DNA from: Octopus sinensis
Taxonomy: Eukaryota
DNA length: 64,000 nt
Reading direction: 5' to 3'
NCBI RefSeq assembly: GCF_006345805.1
Contig: NC_042997.1
Span: 147,560,001-147,624,000 of the forward strand
Part shown: piece by piece, positions 1 to 12,054 of the stretch
How the letters are laid out: each line of letters opens with the position of its first letter
How positions within the stretch are numbered: the stretch's first letter is position 1
The notes under the pieces: model-generated
Seen by the model: only the letters and a program-made list of their open reading frames with translations
The model's database searches: none
What the model was told of the DNA's origin: nothing
Position numbers and translations under genes: made by a program

Positions 1-997
1 TACCATATTATTTTTGTTGAGAAGCTCACGAAGGAGGAGAACTCGGTGACACGATGCGTTGTCGTCGTGAAGAGCCCAATTCTTAGAGTTCCACAGATCC
101 GATCGCTCTCGCCTAATGTTCGCCCTAAAACGCTTCAAAACGTCGCTGTAAAACTCTCAATCTACGGTCTGGCTCTGGTTGACAAATACTTTGTGCACAG
201 TACCGCGGATGCCGAAAAATAAATGAGCATGCTCCTGATTTAACTGTGGTTCTATCGTACCCTCTTTGGCCATGGAGACGAATGGTTCTTCCATTGGGAA
301 GACTGCTGTTTCGTCTCAGCATCGTACCTGTAGACCCCGCTCTCGTTACCAGTGATAATCGTCGACATGAAGGTCATCAATGGCACACTGACGGAGATCG
401 ACCTTGATGGACTTCGACGCGATGTTCACTCGGCTCTGAGGTCAGCTGTCGGAAAGAAAACTTGGCAGAGATATGCTGCATGTTCATTTCAGACGTTAGT
501 ATTGCATGCACGGACAAACCATATGACAAACCAACATCAGCAATGTCGTTGATTGTCCTCTGACGATCCTCATGCACAAGTTGATGAAGTTTCTCCCCAT
601 TTCCCGAGATGACACTCGTCGCAGGTTTTCAAGGTCGCTCATCATCTTTCGGGGACGTTCTTCCGCTTTTAAAACTCCCGTTCCACTCGAAACATTGCGT
701 ACAACTGAATGCCACATTGCCGTAAGCTTGTCGAAGCATACTCAATGTCTCTGTAGCAGGCTTCCCAAGTTTAACGAAACATTTTACGTTGGTTCTTTGT
801 TACAACTTCCTGTCCATGACAAAATCGCAGACTACACCATACACGTGATCACAAATACACTTGCGCGGTGAATACAGCGATACCACTCGGTACACTGCAT
901 CATACAAATTACTGCTAGCTCACACTGTGCACGCAACCGTGTGCTCTCATCTGTTGGCTACAGAACTATCTCAGGAACTTTATGACACAACGTGGTA
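1..997 (-). mobile_element. Decayed mariner (Tc1/mariner DD34D) transposon, 5' two-thirds; runs off the window edge
   Basis: Minus-strand translation across frameshifts gives HEDRQRTINDIADVGLSYG..VHAILTSEMNMQHISAKF (HTH), IITGNESGVYRYDAETKQQSSQW (first catalytic D region) and FFGIRGTVHKVFVNQSQTVD*EFYSDVLKRFRANIRRERSDLWNSKNWALHDDNASCH (second D). A TIR-like end, TACCACGTTGTGTCATAAAGTTCCTGAGA (minus strand), lies at about 969-997 next to TA. Confidence 0.92.
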
Positions 998-1001
998 TAT
1001 A

Positions 1002-1069
<68 letters not shown>

Positions 1070-1070
1070 A
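1002..1070. repeat. (CA)n(TA)n microsatellite
   Basis: Directly visible. Confidence 0.98.
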
Positions 1071-1416
1071 TATATACTTGTATGTACATATACATAATAC
1101 ATACTTATAAATAAAAGGAAAATCACTAGATGGCTTCCTAACATGCTAGAAATTGACGCCAAATCGTCTTACCACGAAGAATATGTTCTCAAATTTAGCC
1201 TACGCTAGATGTTTGCGAGCACTATGTGATGACCATGTCTGAGAACAGTAATCTAGGCGACTGAGAATAAATGTTCTCTACGTGGTCAGCATAAGTTCTT
1301 AGTCTCTTGTCATGAAGAACCTTGGCATCCATCATGTCAGTCGTCTGCACTTTGCTGTCATCGTGGTAATGTACATATGAAAAAATGGTGCATCATAAAA
1401 CATGTTGCCATATACT

Positions 1417-1417
1417 G

Positions 1418-1509
<92 letters not shown>

Positions 1510-1580
1510 CTCTCTCTATCTCTCTATCTCTCTCTCTATCTATCTATCTATCTATCTATGTATATATCTATCTATCTATC
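1417..1580. repeat. (TCTA)n/(TC)n compound microsatellite
   Basis: Directly visible. Confidence 0.98.
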
Positions 1581-2728
1581 GGGAAGGAAGTTTTCTTCGA
1601 AGTATACGTCTCGCTTTTATCCTTCGAAACGTTTAGTAGATGAAACCTTAGCGACTGAAGAAGGGGATTTTTCGTTGTGCTTATTGTCCTGTATCTCTCC
1701 TTTTTTTTTGCTTGTCTTGTTCCTTGGTTTGTGTCTATGTGTTTCGTCTCTCTATGTGTTCGACGTCTTTTTGGTGTCCTGTACACATATATGCGTGTAT
1801 ATGTACATGTAGAGGTAGGTATGTACATATATGTTTATATATATGCATATGTTCTATTTTATTAACATATTATACGACTTAACGCACGCACCCTATTAAG
1901 TAAGATTGTTCTGTTTATCAAGTTAGCCTTGATATTAACTCTCACGCGACTCTGCATCTTTCTTTCTTTCTCTCCCATTCCCTTTTTCGTCTTTTTTTTC
2001 CCTCACTTAACTTGTCTCTTCCTCTCTCTCTCATTCTTCATTCTCTCTCTCCCTTTCACCATTCTTCATGGTCTCCTCGCACCATTCCCCTTCTCTCTCT
2101 CTTCCTCTTGCTCCTCCTCCCCATTCCCGTCGTCCATCTGCGACGATACGTCCGTCGTAACTGCTATCCTGTCTTTTCTCGCCCGCCTTGTAAGGCTAGT
2201 GGTCGACACATTTTCTCTCTCTCGTCGTCCACGATAATCCAGCGTTTGCAATACTTTTTTCGTCTGGCGTTAACAGCCCTTCTTATCTTGTTCTCCTTGT
2301 CCTGTCTCTCACTGTTATATATTTATTTTTCCACTGTTTATATATATATTTTTTACTGTTTATATGTTTGTACTGTCGTTACCGTCTTGCTTTTTTTTAC
2401 CCCTCTGCGAAAAGATCTCAGAATTTTAATTGATTTGCTTTTCGCGGGAAGGAAGTTTTCTTCGAAGTATACGTCTCGCTTTTATCCTTCGAAACGTTTA
2501 GTAGATGAAACCTTAGCGACTGAAGAAGGGGATTTTTCGTTGTGCTTATTGTCCTGTATCTCTCCTTTTTTTTTGCTTGTCTTGTTCCTTGGTTTGTGTC
2601 TATGTGTTTCGTCTCTCTATGTGTTCGACGTCTTTTTGGTGTCCTGTACACATATATGCGTGTATATGTACATGTAGAGGTAGGTACGTACATATATGTT
2701 TATATATATGCATATGTTCTATTTTATT

Positions 2729-2735
<7 letters not shown>
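1580..2735 (+). mobile_element. Non-coding PLE-tail-like element (family P2) in partial tandem: 291-bp direct repeats, 865-bp period
   Basis: 1580-1870 and 2445-2735 match with one mismatch that I can see and no indel. They contain GAAGGA..TCCTTC-GAAAC and CTGAAGAAGG hammerhead-like remnants and end in (TA)n. The spacer is CT-rich and non-coding. Confidence 0.6.
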
Positions 2736-2795
<60 letters not shown>

Positions 2796-3141
2796 TGAAT
2801 GATTTATTCAGGAGACAGAGTGTACTCGAAGCTTTCTTTAGCACAACCATCGTTTCGGTTTACTTCTGCATTGCTCCCTTGTGGTAGGGTAAGGATCGCT
2901 GTGCTTATTAAAGTTTCCAAAACACACCCTGTCTTCTCTATCAATTATCTAAAATATACTAAACATGCACCGAGTAATTCCTTACGTAGATCCTACGACA
3001 AAAGTGCAGTACCGCGAATGACACCTAGTAGCCGTAAATGGTGAATGCGCTCTCAAACCACACTACTAAGGAATATTCAAAACAAGGTTTGGATACTATA
3101 CTTTAAAGTCTCTTATCGAAACTTCAATTTTAAATATATAT

Positions 3142-3206
3142 AAGGCAGTGCTCCAGCACGGCCGAAGTCAAGAATTACTGAAACAAGCAAAAAGACTAAA
3201 AGAATA
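3142..3206 (+). mobile_element. SINE family A, 3' tail fragment
   Basis: AAGGCAGTGCTCCAGCACGGCC..ACTGAAACAAG matches the tails of the full family A copies. Confidence 0.7.
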
Positions 3207-3293
3207 GAATATGTGTATGTATGTGTGTGTATGTGTGTTTGTATGTATATGTGTGCTTTTTATATGCATATGTATATTTACATATATATACAT

Positions 3294-3348
<55 letters not shown>

Positions 3349-3360
3349 CATACATATATG

Positions 3361-3401
<41 letters not shown>

Positions 3402-3409
3402 CAAGCACA

Positions 3410-3781
3410 GGAGTGGCTGTGTGGTAAGAAGCTTGCTTACAAACCACATCGTTCCGGGTTCCGTCCCACTGCATGGCACCTTGGGCAAGTGTCTGCTACT
3501 ATAGCCTCGGGCCGACCAAAGCCTAGTGAGTGGATTTTGCAGATGGAAACTGAAAGAAGCCCGTCGTATTTGTATGTGTGTGTATAAGTTTGCGTGTCTG
3601 TGTTTGTCCCGCTAACATCACTTGACAGCCGAAGCTGGTGTGTTTAACTTAGCGGTTCGGCAAAAGAGACAGATAGAATAAGCACTAGGCTTACAAAGAA
3701 TAAGTCCCAGGGTCGATTTGCTCGACTAAAGGCGGTGCTCCAGCATGGCTACAGTCAGGTGACTGAAACAATTAAAAGAGA
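3410..3781 (+). mobile_element. tRNA-derived SINE family A (GGAGTGGCTGTGTGGTAAG head), full length
   Basis: A-box TGGCTGTGTGG and B-box GGGTTCCGTCCC. Body and tail are near-identical to copies at 36306 and 38066. Confidence 0.92.
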
Positions 3782-3793
3782 GCGTTAAAGTGA

Positions 3794-4000
<207 letters not shown>

Positions 4001-4849
4001 AATATAAAATAACAAAACGTTCGACCGTTTACAAACGCTTTCTTGGATAATATATCTTTCTTTTAACTGACAAAACACCAACAATGATATATAATGAAAT
4101 ATATAGTTCATTGTCTGTCTGAAATGGAAACTATTTGTTAACCCTTTTGACTACCGATCGTGAAGAGAGAGTGCCACGCTTTTACACCATTCGTAGCAAC
4201 TAGTAGTAGCAATTAACTCAATGATTTTCATGATTTGATGCACCGAATGATATACTCTCCTTGACATATTTTATAATTATATTTGAGCAGAATGTGAAAA
4301 GTATCCGCAACAATATTAAAATAAGTTGAATGCAACATATTAAAATGGAGTCTAGAATGTTTAATTTGACATTCAAACCAAGAAAAATTAATCAGCACAG
4401 ATACAAAGAACATTATGTGAAGCAGCACCTAAATGGTAACTGAAGTCGATACAAAGATCAGAATTATAATTTTCGTTTTTAAGAACGAAATTCTTTTTCA
4501 TTTAATGGCTCTGTTTCATTATTTCTTTTCATAATTTACATAATTTACATTGTCTTTTTCGTAATTTCTTTTCAGAATCTATATTTTTGTTCAAATTGTT
4601 CTTTTTTTTATACTTTATAATAATTTAAAAAAAATTTAGTGATGAAAGATTTGAATGTAGCATGACGACACATTAACAAAGTTACCGTATAACATTTTCA
4701 GTTCTCATACTTTTGTAAAAATTCCGCGAGTCAAGAACAAGCTTCTATACAATCACACAAACTGAAAGAAATAGCAGTCAAATTTCGGTCAATTGAAATT
4801 TTACTGTTTTAACAAATATAGCAAAAGTTTAAAAAAATAAGAAAGTAAA

Positions 4850-4945
4850 TTCTTTCCTACTCTAGGCTCAAGGCCCGAAATTTTGGAAGAGGGGACCAGT
4901 CAATTAGATCGACCCCAGTACGCAACTGATATTTAATTTATTGCA
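4850..4945 (-). mobile_element. SINE family B, 3' fragment
   Basis: CTAGGCTCAAGGCCCGAAATTTTGG..GATCGACCCCAGTACGCAACTG is the reverse complement of the family B tail. Confidence 0.75.
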
Positions 4946-5963
4946 TCGCTAATATTTTTATTGTAGAGACACTATTTTGATGCTGATGAATTAAGGCTGG
5001 ACCATTTGGCTCCCATTAACAGCCGGTTGATAGAAAGCTGTCATCTTCCCGATGATTTTACTATGTAGGTGAAACTTTGTAGCAGCACAGGCAGAGAGTA
5101 TTAACGAGACTCTGCTTGTCCATTGCGATAGTACACAAACTCCATTGCATATTTCTCTCACTACTTACAATATATCCATCGACGCAAGTTCCTACCTACC
5201 TACCTACCTACCTACCTACCTAACTGTCGATTTGCATACATACATGCATATATGTACGCATTCATACATATGAATATAGAGGCATGTATGTGTGTATTGT
5301 TGTGTTGTACTTGTATATGTTATCTAATAGTTTAATGGAAGAATAACTCGAAGCATTGATTGAAAAGTCAATACTAGTATGTAGGTTAATTATACAGTAA
5401 ATATAAATATAATTAAAACATTTATATTTTTGCACTTAAACATGTACTCAATAGCATAATGTGTTCGAGAAGAGAGAATTAGATGTGTAGATACTACATA
5501 TATATGTACGTGTATATGTATGTGCATGTGTTTGCATATATATATATATATGTATGCGTGTGTGTGTATGTATATGTATGTGTAAATATATATATATATG
5601 TATACACATATATATATATATATGTGTGTGTGTGTATATATAAGTATGTAAGTATATATATATATATATATACAAAGTATGGGGGTTTAGTTCACAGGTG
5701 ATCCAAACGGTTAGGTACGCTAGGTAATTACTGTAACGGATTACTAGGGTTCCAACGTTATAGCCGAGACGGTAGTTATGGAACGATTGCAAATTTCCGC
5801 AGCAGCGGAATATATTTCCCCTATTCCTCATTTTCCCAATTTGACTCTGATGACGGAATATCGCAGGAACACCTGTAAGACTTTCAACTTTTTCCAATGA
5901 TAATAATGTATATAACTTGAGATGTTTGTCTTGCCTAAACGTTTGTTGTCCTCTTTAACAATT

Positions 5964-6070
5964 ATACATACATACATACATACATACATACATACATACA
6001 TACATACATACATACATACATACATACATACATACATACATACATGCATACATACATACATACATACATA
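5964..6070. repeat. (CATA)n microsatellite
   Basis: Directly visible. Confidence 0.98.
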
Positions 6071-6074
6071 TCTG

Positions 6075-6263
6075 TATAATCTGTATTAGGCAGTCATCGT
6101 AATTGTTATTATATCTTGTTGTTGAGATAGGCTCTCTTTCTTTCCTGATGAGAAGATTGCATTTTACACAGTTTATTCCTTTGGAATAAAACCAATGTTG
6201 TCTTCGAAACATATGTCGAAAGTAAAAGAATTTTAATAACATCTTCGTTCAACTCCATTTATC

Positions 6264-6268
<5 letters not shown>
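6075..6268 (+). mobile_element. PLE pseudo-LTR/tail fragment (family P1) carrying a hammerhead ribozyme
   Basis: Homologous to 35291-35419 over the HHR and the tail (..TCGTTCAACTCCATT); ends in (TA)n. Confidence 0.7.
6140..6222 (+). ncRNA. Type I minimal hammerhead ribozyme
   Basis: Stem I: CTTTC(6140-44)/GAAAG(6218-22). Core CTGATGA at 6145-51. Stem II: GAAGA(6152-56)/TCTTC(6201-05), with an internal hairpin TTTATTCC-TTT-GGAATAAA. GAAAC at 6206-10, palindromic stem III ACATATGT, GTC cleavage triplet at 6215-17. Confidence 0.85.
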
Positions 6269-6328
<60 letters not shown>

Positions 6329-7217
6329 TTTGGCTTAACTAAACTTAACTAATCATTAATTTACGTTTCGATTTTCAGATAACGTTAAAATTTTGAGGTT
6401 ACTTCCGGTATCGTTTGTGCACGCGGGATGCGAAACCGGTGAGAAGGCTTACTGAAATATTAAGCTCCTAATAAATAAATATGATAAAATACTATTTCTC
6501 ATGATTTGTACCCAAGCATAATTATATACACACGCGTGTGAGTATGTGTATTTAAGCGTCGTAATGCATGTAAGCTTATATGTATATGTATGTATCTTTC
6601 TGCATGCATTTTACTATCTTAGTTATTTGATAGTCTAAAATGACTGAGAAGAGGGAACATCACGTTCAGCAATAAGCTATCTACACAAAAATCTCCAATT
6701 CACAATTTTAGTGTCAATATGATATTTTCACAGATTTGTAGTACCCCACCACCGTTAGCTGATAACTTTATATGCTAAACCCATCAGAAAACTGGCAGGA
6801 AATGGTGAAATTTATGTGTATGTTCGATAGATTTTCTATAATGATAATAAATATTTATTTTCGCAAGTGCTAAGTGATGGCTGCAGTTTTGATTTCTTTA
6901 CTTGTTTTAAATCGATCAATCCAAAGAGAAGATGGGTTCCACTATTACAAAGTATTAGCAACTTTCTGATTTAATTTAACTATAGGATGATAAGTCTAGT
7001 TTAATAAAGACCTGCAGAGTGCTACTTTGATAAAGGAAGCATGTGAGGCGAACAGTGGCGCGGTAAGTGGTTTATAAATTATATATTTTCCTGGATTCAA
7101 GCATGAATACATGATATATATGCAAGCATACATAAATACGTACATGCAAACACACACATATGCGTGCGCAAAACATATGTAAAGACGAATATATATATAT
7201 ATAAATATCTATCTATC

Positions 7218-7249
<32 letters not shown>

Positions 7250-7507
7250 CATACATACATACATACATACATAGTTTACTGTTCCATTCAAGTGAGATCA
7301 ACAGAAAAAAGTATTCCATCCAGTCATGGGCCCAAGAACAGTGGGTGCCGGGGTATAAGGCCATCTCCTAAAATTTTTAGGGAGTGCAAAATCAAACTTT
7401 GCGTCTCTACTTACTTCTCTCAGGTTAAAAAAAACTGCGCAAAAAGTGATCTGCAGAAAGTAACTTGAAATTAGGTTAGGGTATTGATAGAAATATAACA
7501 ATATATA

Positions 7508-7650
7508 TATACGACGGGCTTCTTTCAGTTTTCGTCTACCAAATTCACTCAGAATCCGTTCAGAAGACCTTACCTAAGGTGCCGCGCAGGAAAAATGAAA
7601 CCGGAACTGTGTGGCTGGGAAGAAAGCTTCGTAGCAGACAGCCACTACCA
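7508..7650 (-). mobile_element. SINE family A, 5' half, diverged
   Basis: Reverse complement of GTGGCTGT..GGCACCTT..GGTAGACGAAAACTGAAAGAAGCCCGTCGTA. Confidence 0.8.
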
Positions 7651-8172
7651 TATATACACACTATTATACCTTTGAGAATATTTGTACATATGCATATGCG
7701 TATATGTGTGTGTATGCGTGTGTGCGTGCGTTTGTGTAAGCGTGTGAGAACGTATTTGATTTCGTTGGGGGGTCACTGCTAGGATACTGGGTGTCTCACT
7801 CCGGCATTTGTGTTTTTGACACACCACGTCCATCAAGAGATTTTCTCTTTATCAAAAAACACCGCATCGTTCCTGTAGACGTTGTATACACGTAAAGCAT
7901 GTATATATGTTAAGCAAGTTGCATAGATAGTTACGATAATTCAACATACACCGACGACTCCCCACATTACTAGTGATATGTATTGTTCACTGTTTTCGTT
8001 ATATCAAGGAGTAGGGAATCAGATTTCGTCTATGCATGTGACTCGATATGCTTATGAAAATATTCTCTCATTCAAAGATAGCAGAATCGTACCTGTCGAC
8101 GGTGTATATATGTTAAGTATGCATATATGCATGTCTATCATTATTTATATTATATATATATATATAGATACT

Positions 8173-8249
<77 letters not shown>

Positions 8250-8254
<5 letters not shown>

Positions 8255-11200
8255 AGCTGCATCTTCGTTACACGAGAAAAGCTATTGCCAAGAAGACTTA
8301 CTGAAATGATTCATGATTGTTGCCATATGATGCCCTTATATGAATTTTAAGCCCGGCCAAGTTTTTACACATTTTATTACATACTAGACAACTGTGCTGG
8401 CTGGCAGGAGGAACAGGTGCCACCATATGCACTCTCTTAACACGTCTTTTTAGACCTCCAACTGAAAGGTACACCCTTCCACACTTTACACACGTTCTGT
8501 TATGAATTTTAATAGCCACATCATTTTTTATCATGGGCCGATTTCTATGAGAATTTTGATTGCTCATCAGGCCTGCACGACTCAAACACCTCCGCCCACA
8601 AGCCACACATGTAAAAAGCAGCACTCACTTTCCACAGGTTCCCCTTTCTAAGCCCCCTCCTAATTCTCTCATACTTCACTCTCTCCCTCTCAAACCTTGA
8701 ACAACCATTATGCGCTATCTTCTTCCATCCATCCATCACGGTCTTGTGCCTCCCTCTCCCCATTACCAGCCCTCAAGCACCTCCACATTACTAATGGCCA
8801 TTTTCCAGTTTATCCCCAAACTTTTTCTCATGCAGTATTGATGAAATCGTTCTAATTGCCTTACCTGCCTACGGTAAACAACCCATGTCTCACTTCCATA
8901 TAGTAAAGATGGGAGGACGCATGTGTTATATACCTTAACTTTAATTTGTGAAGATATATTATGTTGTTTCCACAGATGCCTATCAAGCCTACCAAAAGCA
9001 CCACAAGCCCTGCTGATTCTGTATGAAATTTCATCATCAAGACCAGCAGTGCTCATGGTACTTCCTAAATAAATAAATCTAGGCACAGTCTTCAACCTTT
9101 GACCATTCACAGTTATAAAAGGTTCCACATACATCTTGGAGGGAGCGAGCTGGTACATTATAACAGTCTTTTTAGATTGATTGTTAGACCCAACACTGCA
9201 CATACTGCAGAAATCGCATTCACCATGTGCTGCATATCTTTCTGGGAATGAGCCGACAGGTCACAATCATCTGCATACGGAAACCCAACAGTGTGAAAAT
9301 GCAGAACTTTCGTTTTAGCACAGAGTCTTTTGAGATTGGACAGTTTTCCTGTTATCCTATATTTTATGTAGACCCCCTTCAGGGCAATCTTTAAAACCTA
9401 TTTGAAAGACTATTGCGAATTATATAGCAAATAGTGTAGGAGCAGGAATATCACCTTGCTTTACATCATTTTCTACAGAAACTGGATCTGATAAGGAACC
9501 TCCAATATTAACTCTCACTTCCATCTTGTCATGAAATTGCCTAAGCGCTCTCACAAATTTTTCAGGGCATCCTAACTTTTTTAGGATTTCCAAAAGGTAA
9601 ATTCTATTGATAGAACCAAACGCTTTTGTTAGATCAATGAAAACCTGGTATAAGTCTATATCCTGTTCGATGCACTTCTCTTGCAACTGTCTAGCGGAAA
9701 ATATCATATCCATTGTACACCTACTATCCCTAAACGCACATTGCGATTCTGTTAGAACCTCATCAGCAGAAGCAATCTCTTCAGCATTACCCAACAGAGG
9801 ACCTTTCTAGCAACAGCTAACAGACAGATGCCGCGATAATTATCACATACATCCTTTCCACCTTTATATTTATATAGTATCTCCATATTTGCATCACACC
9901 AATCCAGCGGAACCTCTTCACTTTATCAATCCCTCTGAATCACATCCGTCAACATTGCACAAAGATGATCACCACCATATTTATATATCTCTGCACCTAG
10001 TCCATTCATACCAGAAGCCTTTCCATTGTTCAATTTCCTGATTGCAGCTTTTATTTCAGCCAGGTTTGGAACTTCTGCTATAAAATGTTTTATTGGTATC
10101 TCGGGTATATTATCAAAAAAAGAGAGATCAACTTCAGTGGGTCTATTGAGCAACTCATCAAAATGTTCTTTCCATCTATCAGCAATATCTTTAGGATTTG
10201 TTAATAATTCTGTGCCATCCTTGCTCCGGAGTGGCGCAACCTTTGTCCATTACTTTTTTCAAGAGAGAGTAAAAAAGTATGGATTTGTTAGCATTTGAAG
10301 CTTCTTGGATTTCATCGCATCTATCACTCCACCAATTTTCCTGCATCATCCGTAGCTTCCTATGCACTGTTGCTTTAACTGCCTTGAAATATGTGGCCAC
10401 TGTCCTATTCCTTGACAAGTCAACATTTTGCAACATGTTCAATGCTTTTCTTTCTCTTCTAAGATAAAATTAACTTCATCATTATCGTCAAACCAAAGCC
10501 AAGAATGTTACTACAAATCTCGTACGCTCTTTCTTTGAATGATTTCTCGCTTCTGTCACAGGACAAATTATTCATCTCACTCACAAACTCACTGCGTAGT
10601 GATGGAATATTAAGTTTGTTGACATCAATCCGTTTAAGTACTTTGTCATTGTTTGCTCTAACTTGAGGCTTGGCAACAAAATTCACCTTGGCACGCAAAA
10701 GCCTATGATCAGTCCAGCACTCTGCACCACGCATCACTCGTACAATAGTAAAGTCGCTAGTATCTCGTTTCCTGCTGAGGATGTAATCTATAAGATGCCA
10801 TCTCTTGGAACCAGGGTGTTTCCATGTCGTTTTATACTTATTCTTTAGTCGAAACATTGTATTCATGACACAAATCCATTTCTACGCACATTTGTATCAG
10901 TAGCAAACCATTACTGTTGGGACTGCCAACAACATGCTTTCCTAGGACACCCCAAGTCTCCCAATCTGCATCAACACGAGCATTAAAATGACCCAAAATG
11001 AAAACTTTGTCATCATGGGGGATATTGCGTATAATCTCTTTAAGTGATAGATAGAAGGCAAGTTTATCATCCTCTGATGAATTCATAGTTGTAGCAAATG
11101 AGTGTTCCGCAGCGACTTTTTCTTAATGCAGTCATAAAAACATTAAGCGATCCGAATGACCACATGGTATTGCCTCAAAGTTTGAAACCAGAGTGGTTTT

Positions 11201-11626
11201 GATAGCAAATCCCACTCCTGATTCTCTCTTATAGGTCTCCTCTCTACCGCTCCAAAAGAAATGATACCAAGCAGATTTGCCTGCGAAATTCCCCTTTCGA
11301 TGAATTCTTGTTTCGACTAACGCTACAACATTCATATCATATCGCTGTAATTCTTTTGCAACAAGCGCGGCTCTTTTCTCTAGACAAGATTTCAGACAAT
11401 CATTGTATAATAACGTTCGAACATTCCAACATCCTATATTTATTGGCTTGCATCTTAACTTGAATTTACTCACAGTTGCAAGATGATGACCGGATCTAGG
11501 CTGTGGTGTCCTGGGACACCTGCCGGGCCAGACCACAGAACAAAATGTTCCAGAGCCCTTTTTGCCATTTACTTCATTATCAATATCAACTTTCATTGTT
11601 TAGATGTGCCTTTTTAAGCTTCGACC
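8250..11626 (-). mobile_element. Near-full-length decayed RTE-clade LINE (APE endonuclease, RT, three C2H2 fingers)
   Basis: APE motifs NIGCWNVRTL, VALVETR, GVGFAIK, ILGHFNARV, TWKHPGSKRWHLIDYIL, TDHRLL. RT motifs ESQCAFR, FIDLTKAF, VKQGDIPAPTLFAI, FIYLGSTMS. C-terminal CxxC-x12 fingers. About 3.4 kb, broken by many stops and frameshifts, with microsatellites on both flanks. Confidence 0.95.
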
Positions 11627-11676
11627 ATACATATACACATACATACATACATACACACACAATACGTAAATGTGTA

Positions 11677-11740
<64 letters not shown>

Positions 11741-11889
11741 CATATACATACATATATATTCATACATATACACACATAAATATACATATATACATGTATG
11801 TATACATGTATATATACATGCCAATACATATATGCATATATAAATATGCGTATATATATATATATATGTATACATATATACATAAAGTT

Positions 11890-12045
11890 AATTAAAGAAA
11901 TTGAAAGAAACCAACAAAGTGAGGACGTACCACATGCAAAGTGGTAATAAGACGCTGAGAGAAGGAAAAGAGTCGTTTTACGTTTCGAGCAAATAGGAAA
12001 GATAGGAAAGTCCAAAGGAAAAGTAAGGAGTAAAAATCGCCAATA
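11890..12045 (-). mobile_element. PLE-tail-like fragment (family P4), left arm of an inverted pair
   Basis: Reverse complement GCTCGAAACGTAAAACGACTCTTTTCCTTCTCTCAGCGT matches 12537-12580 on the + strand. Confidence 0.6.
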
Positions 12046-12054
12046 GTCCATTAT

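Noticed and set aside
5846-5860. CTGATGA at about 5847 as a further hammerhead
   Set aside because: No matching stem II partner followed by GAAA and an NUH triplet lies downstream.
5448-5897. 149-aa minus ORF and an overlapping 58-codon plus-strand open frame (5702-5875)
   Set aside because: Half of the minus ORF is microsatellite. There is no recognisable motif, both strands are equally open, and the splice phases do not chain with neighbouring candidates.
6380-7067. Candidate mini-exons at 6380-6439 (DNVKILRLLPVSFVHAGCET) and about 7000-7062 (..SATLIKEACEANSGA|gtaagt)
   Set aside because: Splice sites are plausible, but there is no homology and no consistent phase chain. Similar-quality candidates occur on both strands throughout the window, so they are at chance level.
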